This document shows, one piece after another, positions 9,439 through 19,000 of a stretch of 56,756 bases of DNA. The notes under the pieces were generated by a model that was not told the DNA's origin, did not search any database, and saw only the letters and a list, made by a program, of their open reading frames with translations. The first letter of the stretch is position 1. Each line of letters starts with the position of its first letter. Source of the DNA: Desulfuromonadales bacterium. Its GTDB lineage: Bacteria > Desulfobacterota > Desulfuromonadia > Desulfuromonadales > SZUA-540. The stretch is taken from positions 1-56,756 of the forward strand of contig JAWSUS010000022.1 of assembly GCA_033549025.1 (NCBI GenBank). Direction: 5' to 3'. A program made the position numbers and the translations under genes.

Positions 9439-11229
9439 TTAGAGATAAAAGAAATAAAAGAGGGTGACGACGACCAGCAGAAAGAGCAGGGTGAGGCCGC
9501 CGCCGGCCCGGATATAGTCGGCATTGCGGTAGCCGCCGGGCGACATGTACAGGACGTTGACCTGATGGGTGGGCAGCATAAAGGAGTTGGCGGCACAGAC
9601 GGCGGCCAGGAGCACCAGGGGGCGGGGGGGCAGTCCGGCGAGCTCGGCCATGCCGATGACCAGGGGAGCCAGCACCACGATGGCCCCCACGTTGGACATG
9701 AACAGGGAGAAGAGGGTGGAGAGGACAGCCACACTCAGCAGAAAGAGAAGGGGATGGGCCCCCTGCACCAGGGTCATGAGCTGGCGGGCCAGAAATTCGG
9801 CAGCCCCCGTCTTCTGCATGGCGAGCCCCAGCGGGATGAGACCGGCGAGCAGGAAGACGACCTTCCATTCGATAGCCTCGTAGGCCGCCTCGATGGAGAG
9901 CACCCCCGTCAGGATCATGGCCAGAGCGCCGGTCAAAAAGGCCTGGGACAGCGGAAACCCCGCCAGGGCCAGGCCCACGGCCCCGGCAAAGCACAGCAGG
10001 GCCGGCCAGGCCTTGACGTCGGCCTGTTGCGGCCGCGAAAAGGGGGTAGCCACCACGAAATCGCCGCCGCCTTTCAGATCGTCGATATTCTCCCACAGCC
10101 CATACAGAATGAAGGTGTCGCCGGGAGCGATGTCGCGATCGGAAAAATCCCCCCGCACCTCTTCCCCCCGGTTGAACATCAGGACCGGCTCAACCGCGTA
10201 ACGGCGACGCAGGGCAAAACTCCGCAGGGTCTGGCCGACCAGGGCCGAGCGGGGCGGGATGATGACCTCGGCAAAACCGGCCCGTTCCGGGTCGCGCAGG
10301 GGAGCGAATCTCCCCTTTTTAGCCTCCTGTCGCAAGTCAAAGGTCGCCGCGAACCGTTCCGTCTTCGCCTCCTCTCCCAGCAGGGCCAAAGTCTGACCGG
10401 CTTCGAAGCGAGTCTGCCGCCAGGGGGCGTAATGGATCTCCCGGTCACGGGCCAGACCGAGGAGATTGAGACCGAAGCGGCTCCACAGCCCGGCCTCCTC
10501 TGGGGTCTGCCCAATCAGGGAGCTTCCGGCGGGGATGGTGTAGAGCCAGATATGGTCGGGCAGATGCAGAGCCTCGATGAGCCGCTCCTGTTCGGAAGGG
10601 GCGACCTCCCGAGACGCCGTGTCTGGCAGGACCGTCTTGCCGAACAGCACGAAATAGAGAATGCCGGCGCCAAGCAGGGTCAGGCCCACGGGGGTTACGC
10701 TCAGCAACCCGTAGGATTCATGACCGCCGACCCCCAGCAGATCGTTGATGAGAATGAGGGGCCCTGAACCGACCATACTGAGCGTGCCGCCCAGAATGGC
10801 CGCGAAGCCGATGGGCATGACCAGGGTCGAGGCCGGAATCCGCTGCCGCCGGGCGATATCCAGAATGGCCGGCAGAAAAAGAGCGGCAGCGCCGACATTC
10901 TGGATGAAGCCCGACAGGGAGCCGACGGACAGCGACAATAAGGCGACAATGCGCGAAGGTTTGTCTCCCACCTTCCTGACGAAAAAGCGGGCGAAACGAT
11001 CCATCAGACCCGTTCTGGCCAGGCCGCGACCGAGAATCATCACCGCCATCATGGCCACCACCGCATTGCTGGCAAACCCCGAGAGGGCTTCCTGCGGCTC
11101 CAGTACGCCGGTCCAGGCCAGCGCCAGCAGGCAGAGGAGGGCCGTCACGTCGAGACGGAAGATCTCCAGCGCCAACAGGGCCACCGTAACGGCCAGAATC
11201 AGGAGTACGGTCAGGATAGGGGCATCCAT
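9439..11229 (-). CDS. SLC13-family permease with TrkA-C domains (second paralog)
   Basis: SGFIQNVGA, SLFMSNVGA, FMLPTHQVN, GGYRNADY. Confidence 0.85.
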   Translation of the reverse strand: MDAPILTVLLILAVTVALLALEIFRLDVTALLCLLALAWTGVLEPQEALSGFASNAVVAMMAVMILGRGLARTGLMDRFARFFVRKVGDKPSRIVALLSLSVGSLSGFIQNVGAAALFLPAILDIARRQRIPASTLVMPIGFAAILGGTLSMVGSGPLILINDLLGVGGHESYGLLSVTPVGLTLLGAGILYFVLFGKTVLPDTASREVAPSEQERLIEALHLPDHIWLYTIPAGSSLIGQTPEEAGLWSRFGLNLLGLARDREIHYAPWRQTRFEAGQTLALLGEEAKTERFAATFDLRQEAKKGRFAPLRDPERAGFAEVIIPPRSALVGQTLRSFALRRRYAVEPVLMFNRGEEVRGDFSDRDIAPGDTFILYGLWENIDDLKGGGDFVVATPFSRPQQADVKAWPALLCFAGAVGLALAGFPLSQAFLTGALAMILTGVLSIEAAYEAIEWKVVFLLAGLIPLGLAMQKTGAAEFLARQLMTLVQGAHPLLFLLSVAVLSTLFSLFMSNVGAIVVLAPLVIGMAELAGLPPRPLVLLAAVCAANSFMLPTHQVNVLYMSPGGYRNADYIRAGGGLTLLFLLVVVTLFYFFYL

Positions 11230-11259
11230 GCTCGCAGGTCTCCGTTTCCCTCTCTTTTC

Positions 11260-12141
11260 CTAAAGCTCCTGCCGCAGGGCGGCGATACGCTCCTCGAGGG
11301 GAGGGTGGGTCATGAACAGACGTTTGAGGCCCCGGCCGATGTTCCCCGAGATGCCGAAGGCGGCCATCTGGTCGGGGAGGTGGGGCTGACCGGCGGATAT
11401 GCGCAGCCGCTCCAGGGCCGCCACCATCTTCTCGCGGCCGGCAAGGGTAGCGGCGCCGGCGTCGGCCCGAAACTCCCGCTGACGACTGAACCAGAAGACG
11501 ATGATGCTGGCCAGGATGCCGAAGACCATCTGGGCGACGAGAGTGGTGATAAAGAAGCCGGGTCCATGCCCCCGCTCGGTCTTGAAGACGACGCGGTCGA
11601 CCAGATGTCCCACCACGCGCGAGGCGACGATGACAAAGGTATTCACCACCCCCTGAATAAGCGCCAGGGTGATCATGTCGCCATTGGCGACGTGGCTGAC
11701 CTCATGGGCCAGCACCGCCTCGGCCTCGTCGCGGTTCATGGCCCGCAGCAGCCCGGTGCTCACCGCCACCAGGGCGCTGTTGCGCCGCATGCCGGTGGCA
11801 AAGGCGTTGACATCCGGCGCGTTGTAGATGGCCACTTCGGGCATGCCGATCCCCGCGGCCACGGCCTGGCGCCGCACCGTCTCCACCAGCCAGATCTCCT
11901 GTTCGCTGGAAGGCTGGCTGATAACCTGGGCGCCGGTAAGGCGCTTGGCCGTCCACTTGGAGATGGCCAGGGAAATGAGGGAGCCGCCAAAGCCGAAGAC
12001 CGCCGCAAAGGCGATGAGGCTCGGCATGTTCAAACCCTCTTCCTGCAGCATGGGTCCGACCCCCAGCAGGTTGAGCACCAGGCTTAGCACCAGGAGAATG
12101 GCGATATTGGTGATGACAAACAGGCCTATGCGTTTAAACAT
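11260..12141 (-). CDS. htpX: Zinc metalloprotease HtpX
   Basis: [39 protein letters not shown]. Confidence 0.96.
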   Translation of the reverse strand: MFKRIGLFVITNIAILLVLSLVLNLLGVGPMLQEEGLNMPSLIAFAAVFGFGGSLISLAISKWTAKRLTGAQVISQPSSEQEIWLVETVRRQAVAAGIGMPEVAIYNAPDVNAFATGMRRNSALVAVSTGLLRAMNRDEAEAVLAHEVSHVANGDMITLALIQGVVNTFVIVASRVVGHLVDRVVFKTERGHGPGFFITTLVAQMVFGILASIIVFWFSRQREFRADAGAATLAGREKMVAALERLRISAGQPHLPDQMAAFGISGNIGRGLKRLFMTHPPLEERIAALRQEL

Positions 12142-12176
12142 GGTAACGTCCTCCTCTATCGATTGATCTATGTGCC

Positions 12177-13826
12177 TTACTCCGGCGAGGAAGCTTCCTC
12201 GCTTTGCGCTTCGATGACCTGGGCTCTGGCAGGATCGCGCAGCAGCCGATCGGCCTTGACCAGCTGCTCCACCATGCGCCGGGTCGTACTGAGCACCCCC
12301 AGCAGCTGATCGGCCTGCTCAACCAACAGCCTTCTGGCCACGGCTGCCGCCAGGATCTCTCCTTTAGCCTGCTGGTAGGCGCCCTGAAAACGCTCCAGCG
12401 CCTGCTGACGATGGGCATCCGTTCCCTGAAACTCCTCATCGCGCCCCGTCAGGTCGCAGCAGAACTTCACCGCGGCGATGAGGTGTTCGAGCCTATCGAC
12501 GACCTGGCGGTCGCTGCTGATGGCCATCTGCCGGCGCAGTTCCACGGCATTGCCCGACAGGCGCGCCGCCTCGTCCAGATAGCGGGCGATGCGCAGATCC
12601 CGGGCCAGGCTCTCTCCGACCTCCCGGGACATGCTTTCGGCGCGCACCTTGCTGATAAAGTCCGTGATGGCGGCGACCAGGGTACGCATGGCCGCCGCCT
12701 GCTGTTCCACCAGCGCCGCCGGTTGCTCGGGACGCAGCAGGGCGTCATGCACCATCTGGCTGGCCATCAGCCGTAAACGGGCCAGTTCGGCGGCCAGGGC
12801 CGATTCGGCCAGATCGGGAGTGGCGGTCAGCGTCGTATCGAGGTGACGCGGGCGCCCGGCTTCTTCCTCCTGGCTGCGGAAGAGCCGCTGCAGCCAGCGG
12901 GTCAACAGACCGGCCGCGGGCAGCATCAGCAGAACCCCCAGGACGTTGAAGACCGTGTGAAAAAGCGCCAGCACCGCCGCCGGGCTCCCTTCCAGTTCGA
13001 GGCCATCCGCCAGCAGATGGATGCCCCACATGAGCAGGGGCAACAGGGCCAGGGCAACGACGCCGGTGATGAGGTTGAAGAGGATATGACCGAGGGCCAG
13101 TCGCTTGGCGTTGGGGGTGGCGCGTAGTACCGCCATGGCCGCCGTCGAGGTACTGCCGAGATTGGCGCCGATGATGGCGACAGCAGCCGGGTACATGCCG
13201 AGCACGCCGCCGCTGACCGCGGTCAGCACAATGGCGATGGAGGCACTGGAGGACTGGGTCAATACCGTCGCCACAAAACCGAGGGCCAGAAAGAGCAGGG
13301 TGCCGCCGCGCTCGCCATCTATTAGCGTGGCACTGTAACTCTGCGCCAGGCCGCCGAAACCGTCTTTGAGAATGGCCAGACCGAGGAAGAACAGCCCGAA
13401 ACCCGCCAGGGCTTCCCCCAGACCCCGCAGGCGGCGGTCGAAAAGGCCGAGTCGCAACAGGACACCCAGCGCCAGGATCGGCAGGGCGAAATTCTCGATC
13501 TTGAAACCGAAGCCGACCAGACTCACCAGCCAGGCGGTGACGGTGGTGCCGATATTGGTGCCAAAGACCACCGTCAGGGCCTGGGCCAGGGTAAAGACCC
13601 CGGCATTGACGAAGCCGATGGTCGCCACGGTGACCGCCCCGGAAGACTGCACCAGCCCCGTCACCAGGACCCCCGCCATCACCCCCCGCAGGGGCGTGGA
13701 CGTGTAGCGGTTGAGCAGCTGCTTCAGACCACCGCCGGCGAAGACCTTGAGTCCTTCGGTCATCATCATCATGGCGAGCATGAATAGAGCCAGCCCGCCC
13801 AGAGTATTCATGGCAATCTGCATCAT
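12177..13826 (-). CDS. Na+/Pi cotransporter family protein
   Basis: Duplicated QSS motifs (VQSSGA, TQSSSA), GTNIGTT, GANLGST, HTVFN; start at MMQIAM. Confidence 0.88.
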   Translation of the reverse strand: MMQIAMNTLGGLALFMLAMMMMTEGLKVFAGGGLKQLLNRYTSTPLRGVMAGVLVTGLVQSSGAVTVATIGFVNAGVFTLAQALTVVFGTNIGTTVTAWLVSLVGFGFKIENFALPILALGVLLRLGLFDRRLRGLGEALAGFGLFFLGLAILKDGFGGLAQSYSATLIDGERGGTLLFLALGFVATVLTQSSSASIAIVLTAVSGGVLGMYPAAVAIIGANLGSTSTAAMAVLRATPNAKRLALGHILFNLITGVVALALLPLLMWGIHLLADGLELEGSPAAVLALFHTVFNVLGVLLMLPAAGLLTRWLQRLFRSQEEEAGRPRHLDTTLTATPDLAESALAAELARLRLMASQMVHDALLRPEQPAALVEQQAAAMRTLVAAITDFISKVRAESMSREVGESLARDLRIARYLDEAARLSGNAVELRRQMAISSDRQVVDRLEHLIAAVKFCCDLTGRDEEFQGTDAHRQQALERFQGAYQQAKGEILAAAVARRLLVEQADQLLGVLSTTRRMVEQLVKADRLLRDPARAQVIEAQSEEASSPE

Positions 13827-13918
13827 CCCCACATCCCGTGCGCATTTGGCGTTGGAATAACAAGAGTTTACTTGGCTTCGGCGGCAATGCAAGACGCCGC
13901 TGCCACCCCCTTAAAGGC

Positions 13919-13953
13919 AAAAAGGCCCGCCTTTCTGAGAAAAGGCGGGCCTT
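13919..13953 (-). terminator. Intrinsic terminator after hflC
   Basis: Stem AAGGCCCGCCTTT / AAAGGCGGGCCTT with U-tract on the minus strand. Confidence 0.8.
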
Positions 13954-13979
13954 GCGATGGTCAGCGTCTCAATGATCGC

Positions 13980-14918
13980 CTATTTGACGTCCTGCAAGTA
14001 TTTGTAGAAGGGGGAGTCGGTGCCGATCACCAGGCGGCCGTTCTTGCCGATGACCTTCTTGTAGGACTCGAGGGTGCGTAAAAAGGAGTAAAATTCCTTG
14101 TCGCGGCTGTAGGCCGTGGCGTAGATGCCCGCCGCTTCGGCGTCGGCCTTGCCGCGAATCTCCAGAGCCAGACGGTAGGCTTCCGAGGTGATCTGCTTGA
14201 GCTCTCGCTCCATCTTGCCCAGAATCTCGGCCTTTTCTCCTTCGCCTTCCGAGCGATATTCGGCCGCCACCTGGTTACGCTCGTTAACCATGCGTTCGTA
14301 GACGCGGGTCAGAACCTGGTCGACATAGTTGATGCGCTTGATCTGCACGTCAATCAGTTCGATACCGTACTCGGGGGTGCTGGCCCGCGCCTTTTCCAGC
14401 AGGCTCTCGAGAATCTCCTCGCGACCGACCAGCTGGCTCTCGCTGACCACCTCCCCCTCGACCTCAAAGACCTCTTCCTCTCCCGGGCCTCTCGGCGACT
14501 GGTAATCGCTGCCGCGCACCAGTTCGGCCAGCAGACGACCGGAAACGGCATCGCGCACCACCGAGTCGATGATGTCGTCGAGACGGCTCTGGGCGCCCAT
14601 TTGCGTCGCCACGGTCTTGTAGAAGAGCAGGGGATCGACGATGCGCCAGCGGGCCGTGGTGTCGACCCAGATGAAACGCTTGTCCTTGGTCGGAATCTGG
14701 TTGGGATCGCTGTCCCACTTCATGATGCGCTTTTCGAAGCGTTTGACCTCCTGAATGACGGGAATCTTGAGGTGGAGGCCCGGACCCTTGACATCTCCCA
14801 CGGGCTTGCCGAACTGTGTGACGATGGCCTGTTCGGCCTCATTGACCACGAAAAGACTGCTGCTGATCCCGACAAAGGCAACAAAGGCCAGAATGATGAG
14901 TGCTGGTGCTTTTTTCAT
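13980..14918 (-). CDS. hflC: FtsH protease modulator HflC
   Basis: SPFH protein; QAIVTQFGKPV, IPTKDKRFIWVD, YSFLRTLESY. Confidence 0.93.
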   Translation of the reverse strand: MKKAPALIILAFVAFVGISSSLFVVNEAEQAIVTQFGKPVGDVKGPGLHLKIPVIQEVKRFEKRIMKWDSDPNQIPTKDKRFIWVDTTARWRIVDPLLFYKTVATQMGAQSRLDDIIDSVVRDAVSGRLLAELVRGSDYQSPRGPGEEEVFEVEGEVVSESQLVGREEILESLLEKARASTPEYGIELIDVQIKRINYVDQVLTRVYERMVNERNQVAAEYRSEGEGEKAEILGKMERELKQITSEAYRLALEIRGKADAEAAGIYATAYSRDKEFYSFLRTLESYKKVIGKNGRLVIGTDSPFYKYLQDVK

Positions 14919-15940
14919 TGCTTCCCTCCCTGACTCTCGCTGCGCATGGGCAGCAGCGGCAGCAGGTTACCCCCGGCGCCGTCCATCACGTAGATCTCTT
15001 CCAGCTTCGGCAGCACCTCTTCCATGGTTTCGAGGAAAATGCGGCGCTTGGTCACTTCCGGCGCCTTGCGGTATTCGAGCAGCAGGGCTTCAAAACGGTT
15101 GGTCTCGCCGCGGGCCTTGTTGATGCGCTCGATGGCGTAGCCTTCGGCCTCTTCCACTGTCTTCTTCGCTTCACCACGGGCCCGGGGCACTTCGCGGTTG
15201 AACTGTTCACGGGCCTGGAAGATCATGCTCTCCTTCTGCTGCTCGGCCTCGTTGACCTCGTTGAAGGCCTTCTTGACCGGATCGGGCGGCGTGACATCCT
15301 GAAATTTCACGGTGACCACGCGCACACCGATATCGTACTGATTGAGGGTTTGCTGCAAGTCCTGCTGGATGCGGGAGGCCAGCATGGCGCGCTCGGTGGT
15401 CAGCACGTCGGTGACGTTGCTGTTGCCGATGACCTTGCGTACCATGGCCTCGCTGACGTCGCGGATGGTGTCCACGGGATTTTTCAGCTGGAAAACGTAC
15501 TTGTAGGGATCGGTCACCTGAAACTGGACGATCCACTCCACGTCACTGACGTTGAGGTCGCCGGTCAGGGTGAGGGATTCCTCCTCGAGATTCCTCTTGG
15601 TGTAGGTGGAGCGCTCGCCCGGCAGGACCGTGCGGAAACCGAACTCTTCCTTAAAGACGCGACCGGTCTTGACCAGGTAGACGCGGTCGATGCCGAAGGG
15701 CAGCTTGAAGTGGAGTCCCGGCTGTGAATAGCCGGTAAACTTGCCGAAGCGCAGGATGACCCCGGTTTCTTCCGTATCGACCTTGTAAAAGCTGCTCATG
15801 CCCACAAAAACAGCCAGGACGGCCACGGCCACGAGAAAGAGATTTTTACTGGGGCGAAACTCTTTCTTGAGCTTCTGCCCTATATCGATGATTTTCCTTT
15901 CAAAGTCCTCTGCCGAGGGACCTTCTCCCCAATTTTGCAT
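14915..15940 (-). CDS. hflK: FtsH protease modulator HflK
   Basis: LTGDLNV, VKKAFNEVNEAEQ, APEVTKRRIFLETMEEV; start MQNWG after GGAGG; 4-bp overlap with hflC. Confidence 0.93.
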   Translation of the reverse strand: MQNWGEGPSAEDFERKIIDIGQKLKKEFRPSKNLFLVAVAVLAVFVGMSSFYKVDTEETGVILRFGKFTGYSQPGLHFKLPFGIDRVYLVKTGRVFKEEFGFRTVLPGERSTYTKRNLEEESLTLTGDLNVSDVEWIVQFQVTDPYKYVFQLKNPVDTIRDVSEAMVRKVIGNSNVTDVLTTERAMLASRIQQDLQQTLNQYDIGVRVVTVKFQDVTPPDPVKKAFNEVNEAEQQKESMIFQAREQFNREVPRARGEAKKTVEEAEGYAIERINKARGETNRFEALLLEYRKAPEVTKRRIFLETMEEVLPKLEEIYVMDGAGGNLLPLLPMRSESQGGKQ

Positions 15941-16069
15941 TGATCCTCCCTGTCTGGGTTGCTGGGCCGCCTGTGGCTGGGCCCCTGTCGCGGATGAAGG
16001 CAAAGGGTAACATAAAAGAATCCGCTTACCTAGCAGATCCGGTTGGATTCCGGTCGCTTTTTCTTCAGG

Positions 16070-19000
16070 CTATTCCCCCGGAAGCGACAGTCGGCCCCTC
16101 GCCAGCTCTTCCGCCAGGCGGGCCAGAATCAGACCCCGCTCGGCTTGACGGAGCAGGCTGCTGGCCTGCAGCAATGCGGCTTCCGCGTCGAGCACCTCGT
16201 TGACCGATCCTTTTTGCGCCTCGTACTTGAGCCGTTCCAGACGCACAGCTTCGCGGGCCTGTACCACCCCCTTGCCATGGGCCTGTTGCCGGGCCTGGGC
16301 GCTGGCCACCTCGGCCTGGGCGACGGCCAGTTCACGCCGCGCGTTGAGTTGAGCCTCGCGCAGGCGGGCCCGGGCCCTATCTGCTTCGGCGCGGGCCTGC
16401 GTCACCTTGCCGGCCCGCAAACCGCCGTCCAACAGCGGAACGGTCAGCTTCACCCCGACCGTCGCATCGGTCTGGCTGTCGTCGCCGGGTACCCCAGCCG
16501 CCATCGACAGGGGATCGTCGGCCCCGTAATATCCGGCACTGGCAAAGAGCCGCAGCTCCGGCAGGTAATCCCGCTTCGCCCCGGCGAGCTGTCGGCGGGC
16601 AGACTCGACCTCGGCCTGCCGCGCCGCCAGGTCATCGCGGTGGCTCCCCCCATCCCTGTTTTCCGCCGAGACTTGGGTCACTGCGGCGGGATCGACGTCG
16701 GTCAGCGGCGGCAGTTCACCCTCACATCCCAAGACAGCCAGCAAGGCGTATTCCGCCTCGACGAGGGCCGCCTCCACCTCGGCCAGCTGACTTTCCACCT
16801 CGGCCAGACGCACCTCGACCTTGAGCTTGTCCACCCGCGCCGTCCGCCCCTGCCGCCACAGCTGCTCGGCAGCGCGGTCGAGAGCAGACAGACTGTCCAG
16901 GGAGGCGAGGGTGGCCAGGCGAATATCGCGCAGGGACAATACCTGCAAAAACTGTTGGGAAATCTGAAAGGCCACCTCGTCACGGGCTCGGGCCGCCTGA
17001 TGCCGGACCCCCTCCTGCTGGGCCCTGGCGGCCTTCAGACGGGCCCGGGTCGCACCGAAGTCGGCGAGAAGCAGATCGGCGCTGGCCGTGGCCTGATAGA
17101 CGCGATGGGCAAACCCCTGATTCTGGGGCGCCAGCCCCGGCGCCATGTTGTGACGCTCCTGCGACCAGGCTGCGCTCCCTTCCAGGCGCAGCTGCACCCC
17201 GCGCGGGGCCCCGGCGCTCCGCACCAGGCCCAGGCCGCGCTCCACTTCGGCGGCGGCCTGGACGAGAACCGGACTGTGTTCGAGGCCATAGGCCACCGCC
17301 TCCGTCAGCGACAGGGGCGAAGGGAGTTCGGCCGCCGATGCGGGGTCGACCTGGGGCGACAGCAGGGCGCCGAACAGCAGCAGGGTGAGCGCCGGTTTTC
17401 TGGCCGCGCGCCCCAGCGTCCTCAGCTTCTCCTGGGCGTCATCCAGCAGCACGTAGACCAGGGGCAGATAGACCATGGTCACCACCGTCCCTACCAGCAG
17501 ACCGGAGGCGGCGGCGATACCCAGGGGGCTCATGCGCTCCAGGCCGACGGCCATCTCGAAGATCAGGGGCGAAAAACCGATGACCGTGGAGGTCGCCGTC
17601 ATGAAGATGGGGCGCAGTCGCAGCCGCACCGAGGCGATGATGGCCTCGTCGCGGCTCATCCCCTCCCGGCGCGCCTCCAGAATAAAGTCGAGCATGAGGA
17701 TGGCGTTGTTGACGATGGTGCCGCCGAGCAGAATGATCCCCATCAGGGCCGGCATGCAGAAGGGTTTATCGAAGAGCAGCAGGCCCCACACCGCCCCGGC
17801 CACGGCCAGGGGAATGGATAGGACGATGGCCAATGGTGGCAGAAAAGAGCGAAACATGGCGAAGAGCAGAATGAAGAGGAGCACTAGGCCGATGAGCAGC
17901 GCCCGCCCCATTTCGCCCTGGCTCTGGCCCATGTCGCGGGCCGTGCCGGCGATCTCCAGCGCGTAGCCGGCCGGCAGGGGCATGTCCCGCAGACGCTGCG
18001 CGGCTAAACTGGTGACCTGGGCGATGGTCAGCACCTGGTTGCCCGCCGTCAGATCGATGGTCGGGCTCAAGTTTTCGCGGGTGATGAAGGGGGGCTGCAC
18101 TTCGCTGCGCACCTGCGCCAGGGTGCCGAGCTTGATCGGCCCCTGGGCCGTGGGAATATCCACCTGCAGCAAAGCCTCCGGATCATCGATCTGGCTCTGT
18201 TGATAGCGCAGGCGGATGGGGATATCGAGATAGCCCTGCAGACGCAGCTCGCTGCCCGCCATCCCCTGCACCGCCTGGCGCAGCGACTCGGCCACTCCGC
18301 CGGCGGAGGTTCCGTAGAGGCGGGCCAGCTCGGCATCGACCGCCACCGTCTGCTGCACCTTGTCGCGGTACCAGGAACGCCGCAGGTCCGTCAGACCGGG
18401 GAGGCCCCGCAGGCGCTGCAGCGCTTCGTCCGCCAGGCTGTCGAGCATCGGCAGCTCCGGACCTGTGATCACCAGGTTGAAGGGGGCCTTGGTGGTCGCC
18501 ACCGGGGTGGCTCCATACTCGGAGACCCGGAAAGTGCGCACCCCCTCAAGGCGCCGCAAGCCCTGCCGCCAGCGCTCCTGAATCTGCCAGATATCGGCCT
18601 CGCGCTCGGTACGGTAGATGAGGTGAATGGTGAGCTTGGCGCTCTGGGTGGTGGTCCCGCCACCGCCGAAGCTGACCGCCTGCGGCTCCGACCCGACCAC
18701 CGCCGAAATGCTCTTGACCTCGGGGGACTGACCGAGCAGGGCTTCCACCCGGCTCAGCACCTCTTCCACCTGGCGGGGGCTGGCCGAGGCATCCGTGTCG
18801 AACTCCACCAGGGCGATCCCCGTGTCCATGGGCGGCATCTGCTCGCCACCCAGCAGAGGCCGCACCACGCGCATGGTGAAGACCAGAAAAACCAGGGCGA
18901 GGATGACGAAGAGCAGGCGCCGGCGCAGGACCAGGCCTACCAGGCCGACATAGAAATCGCTCAATCGGTCGAGGCCCTTCTCCACCGGATTCGCCAGGCG

